The notes under the pieces were generated by a model that did no database searches, had not been told where the DNA came from, and worked only from the letters and a program-made list of their open reading frames with translations. A program made the translations under genes and the position numbers. Of a DNA stretch of 64,000 bases, positions 61,699 to 64,000 are shown in pieces. The stretch lies in NCBI GenBank assembly GCA_963814415.1, contig CAWFCN010000001.1, positions 34,533 through 98,532 of the forward strand, read 5' to 3'. The stretch's first letter is position 1. Every line of letters starts with the position of its first letter. The DNA is from an uncultured Actinomycetes bacterium. GTDB taxonomy: Bacteria > Actinomycetota > Thermoleophilia > RBG-16-64-13.

Positions 61699-63059
61699 GC
61701 ACTGCGACCTTCCGTCCCTTTCCCACGCGGAGTGGGAGCAGAGCCGTGCGCCCCTGGCTGGACGACACCATGACCACTCTCCGTGTCCGCAGGAGGCCCA
61801 GCGCCTCTAAGGGCCGGCCGCGTCCGGCCACCATCGCCCTCAAGAAGGCCGCCCCGGTCTGCTATCACGTGGTGTGGCTCTCCGCTCTGTTGCTTCTTAC
61901 TCTGGGCATCTGCATGCTGCTCTCCATCTCGATGGCGGCTGAAGTGCGCTCGCAACTCGGGGGCTCCGACGAGGGCGTGTACTACTACGTCGGGAGGCAA
62001 GGGATAGTCGCGGTCGTCGGGTTGGCCTTGATGTTCGCGGTGAGCCGCATGGACTACCGCAGGCTGCGCAGGCTTTCGCTCTTCTTCATGGGGTTCGTCG
62101 CCGTCTCTCTTATGGTGGTGCACATCCCGGGCGTGGGACACAGGGTCAACGGAGCGTCTAGCTATATTCCCATAGGCCCCTTGAGCTATCAGCCCTCGGA
62201 GTTCGCGAAATTGGCTGTAGTGCTGGCGGGAGCCCATCTGATGTCCACTCCGCGCATAAGGGAGGGCGGCTGGCGCTCGTACCTGTTGCCTTTCGGGGCC
62301 ATGGGCCTGGTGCTTTGCGGGCTGGTGGTGTGGGAGAACGACTTCGGGACGGCGATCATCATCATCGGACTGGTGGTGGGGATGCTCTGGCTGGCGGGGA
62401 TGAAGTCCAAACAGTGGCTGCTTCTTACGGGAGGCGGCGCTCTGGTGGGCGGCGGACTGATGCTCCTGATCGCCAGAGGCAAGATGATGGCCAGGGTCGC
62501 GGCAATGGTCGATCCGTGGGCAGATCCCGACAACACCGGCTACCAACTGCGGCAGGCGCTGCTGGCGCTGGGCCGGGGAGGCTGGTTCGGGGTCGGTCCG
62601 GGACGTAGCGTGCAGAAGTTCGCCTATCTGCCCGAAGCCCACAACGACATGATCTTTGCCATTCTGGGTGAGGAGTTCGGTTTCTTCGGCGCAACCTCCA
62701 TAATCGGGCTGTTCGTTGCGTTTGCGGTGGCCTGTTGGCGTCTGGCCAGGCGCTGCTCGGACCCCATGGGCAAGTATCTTATCGCTGGTTGTGGCATGAT
62801 CATTACCTTGCAGGCGGCGGTCAATATCGGTGGTGTGCTGGGCGCGATCCCTCTCACCGGAGTCCCGCTGCCTTTCGTCAGCTATGGCTGCAACAGCCTG
62901 ATTGTGATGCTGGTGGCCGTGGGTCTTGTTCTCGCGGTCGCCAGGCGCGCGTCCGCTGTGGCAGTCGCATCCCCGGCAGAGAGGTCTGAGAATGTCGAGC
63001 GTTCTGATAGCAGGCGGAGGGACAGCCGGGCACGTAGTGCCGGCGCTGGCGCTCGCTGA
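61695..63059 (+). CDS. ftsW: Cell division SEDS protein FtsW
   Basis: QPSEFAK, LPEAHNDMIFAILGEEFG, TGVPLPFVSYG. Confidence 0.95.
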   Translation: MSTATFRPFPTRSGSRAVRPWLDDTMTTLRVRRRPSASKGRPRPATIALKKAAPVCYHVVWLSALLLLTLGICMLLSISMAAEVRSQLGGSDEGVYYYVGRQGIVAVVGLALMFAVSRMDYRRLRRLSLFFMGFVAVSLMVVHIPGVGHRVNGASSYIPIGPLSYQPSEFAKLAVVLAGAHLMSTPRIREGGWRSYLLPFGAMGLVLCGLVVWENDFGTAIIIIGLVVGMLWLAGMKSKQWLLLTGGGALVGGGLMLLIARGKMMARVAAMVDPWADPDNTGYQLRQALLALGRGGWFGVGPGRSVQKFAYLPEAHNDMIFAILGEEFGFFGATSIIGLFVAFAVACWRLARRCSDPMGKYLIAGCGMIITLQAAVNIGGVLGAIPLTGVPLPFVSYGCNSLIVMLVAVGLVLAVARRASAVAVASPAERSENVERSDSRRRDSRARSAGAGAR

Positions 63060-64000
63060 CGTCCTTTCGGGCAGGGGCCACCAAGTAGCCTTCTGCGGCA
63101 CCGAGCGGGGCATGGAGAGAGACCTTGTCCCCCGAGCCGGCTATCCGTTCTCGATCGTGCGCATTCGGGGCTTCGAACGCAAGATAGGGTTGTCGACCCT
63201 GCGTACCCTGGGCTCCATCCCCCTGGCGGCCGTGGACGCCTACAAAGTGCTCCGGCAGGTGCGCCCTGGGTGCGTGGTGGGAGTGGGGGCATACGCGTCG
63301 GGTCCAGTGGTCGCGGAGGCGGCGCTTCGCGGCCTCCCCACGGTGGCCGTGGAGATGGACTCCCACATGGGGTGGACCAACACCATCCTCAGCAAGTTGG
63401 TGGACCGAGTCTGCCTGTCGTATCCGGATGAGAGGCGCAGGAGCAGCAAGTTCATCCACACAGGCAGGCCACTGCGCCCGGCGCTGCTCAGCGCGACGCG
63501 GGAGCAGGGTCTCGAGCGCTTCGGACTAGATGGTAAGCGTCCGGTCTTGCTGGTTTTCGGGGGGAGCCTAGGGGCGCATGTCGTCAACGAAGCCGTCTTG
63601 GATGCCTTCGCCCTGCAGCCGACGCCCTTCCAAATAGTGCACGTCACCGGCGAGAGAGACTTTGCCCGGGCGAGAGATACGCTTGCAGCAGCGGGTGCGA
63701 ACCCCTCGTACCAGGTGCACGCCTTCTTGGACGACCTACCCTTGGCCCTGGCGGCGGCGGACGCGGTAGTGGCCCGCGCGGGCGGCTCCGTGGCTGAGAT
63801 CCTGGCGCGGGGGGTGCCGGCCCTCTTGGTGCCCTACCCGTTTGCGGCCGGAGACCACCAGGCCAAGAACGCTCGTAGGATCGCGGAGGCCGGGGCAGCA
63901 TTGGTGATAGCAAACGCGGAACTGGATGCAAGAAAGGTCACCGCGTCCGTATCCGAACTGTTGAGGCCCGATGTCAACAAGCGCATGAGAGAGGCGGCCC
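62992..64000 (+). CDS. murG: MurG glycosyltransferase (3' end outside window)
   Basis: Manual translation: MSSVLIAGGGTAGHVVPALA...GGSLGA...RAGG...PYPFAAGDHQ. Confidence 0.95.
   Translation, partial: MSSVLIAGGGTAGHVVPALALADVLSGRGHQVAFCGTERGMERDLVPRAGYPFSIVRIRGFERKIGLSTLRTLGSIPLAAVDAYKVLRQVRPGCVVGVGAYASGPVVAEAALRGLPTVAVEMDSHMGWTNTILSKLVDRVCLSYPDERRRSSKFIHTGRPLRPALLSATREQGLERFGLDGKRPVLLVFGGSLGAHVVNEAVLDAFALQPTPFQIVHVTGERDFARARDTLAAAGANPSYQVHAFLDDLPLALAAADAVVARAGGSVAEILARGVPALLVPYPFAAGDHQAKNARRIAEAGAALVIANAELDARKVTASVSELLRPDVNKRMREAA

Overview
High-GC bacterial chromosomal segment, most consistent with a deep-branching actinomycete (Thermoleophilia-like; inferred from a fused PafBC WYL regulator and a Streptomyces/Clostridia-like gene order, not from a database search). 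It is mostly core genome: a fused pafBC gene head-to-head with an AddAB/AdnAB-like helicase-nuclease pair; tRNA-Pro; an ECF sigma/anti-sigma pair; mtnP-pfkB; a five-tRNA cluster split by a ~1.8 kb islet (HEPN-MNT toxin-antitoxin, histone H1-like protein, chagasin-like protein); tig-clpP-clpX-lon-valS-folC-ndk-maf-mreBCD-mrdA-rodA-radical SAM-rng-rplU-rpmA-obgE-proBA-nadD; larE-cysE-pcrA; a small accessory patch (Rrf2, membrane protein, small alarmone synthetase, type I R-M deletion scar); and the dcw cluster from mraZ to murG. About ten frameshifts in mostly conserved housekeeping genes look like long-read assembly errors. Best leads: (1) a PafBC-type promoter (TGTCCG-N10-TACAAT) in the 71-bp gap between pafBC and addAB, with Fe-S cysteine sets in both nuclease subunits; (2) an unannotated ~150-nt structured RNA candidate divergent from mraZ; (3) an in-frame hsdM::hsdR fusion left by deletion of a type I R-M system; (4) an IscR-type operator at the Rrf2 gene; (5) an ATA start for mreB.
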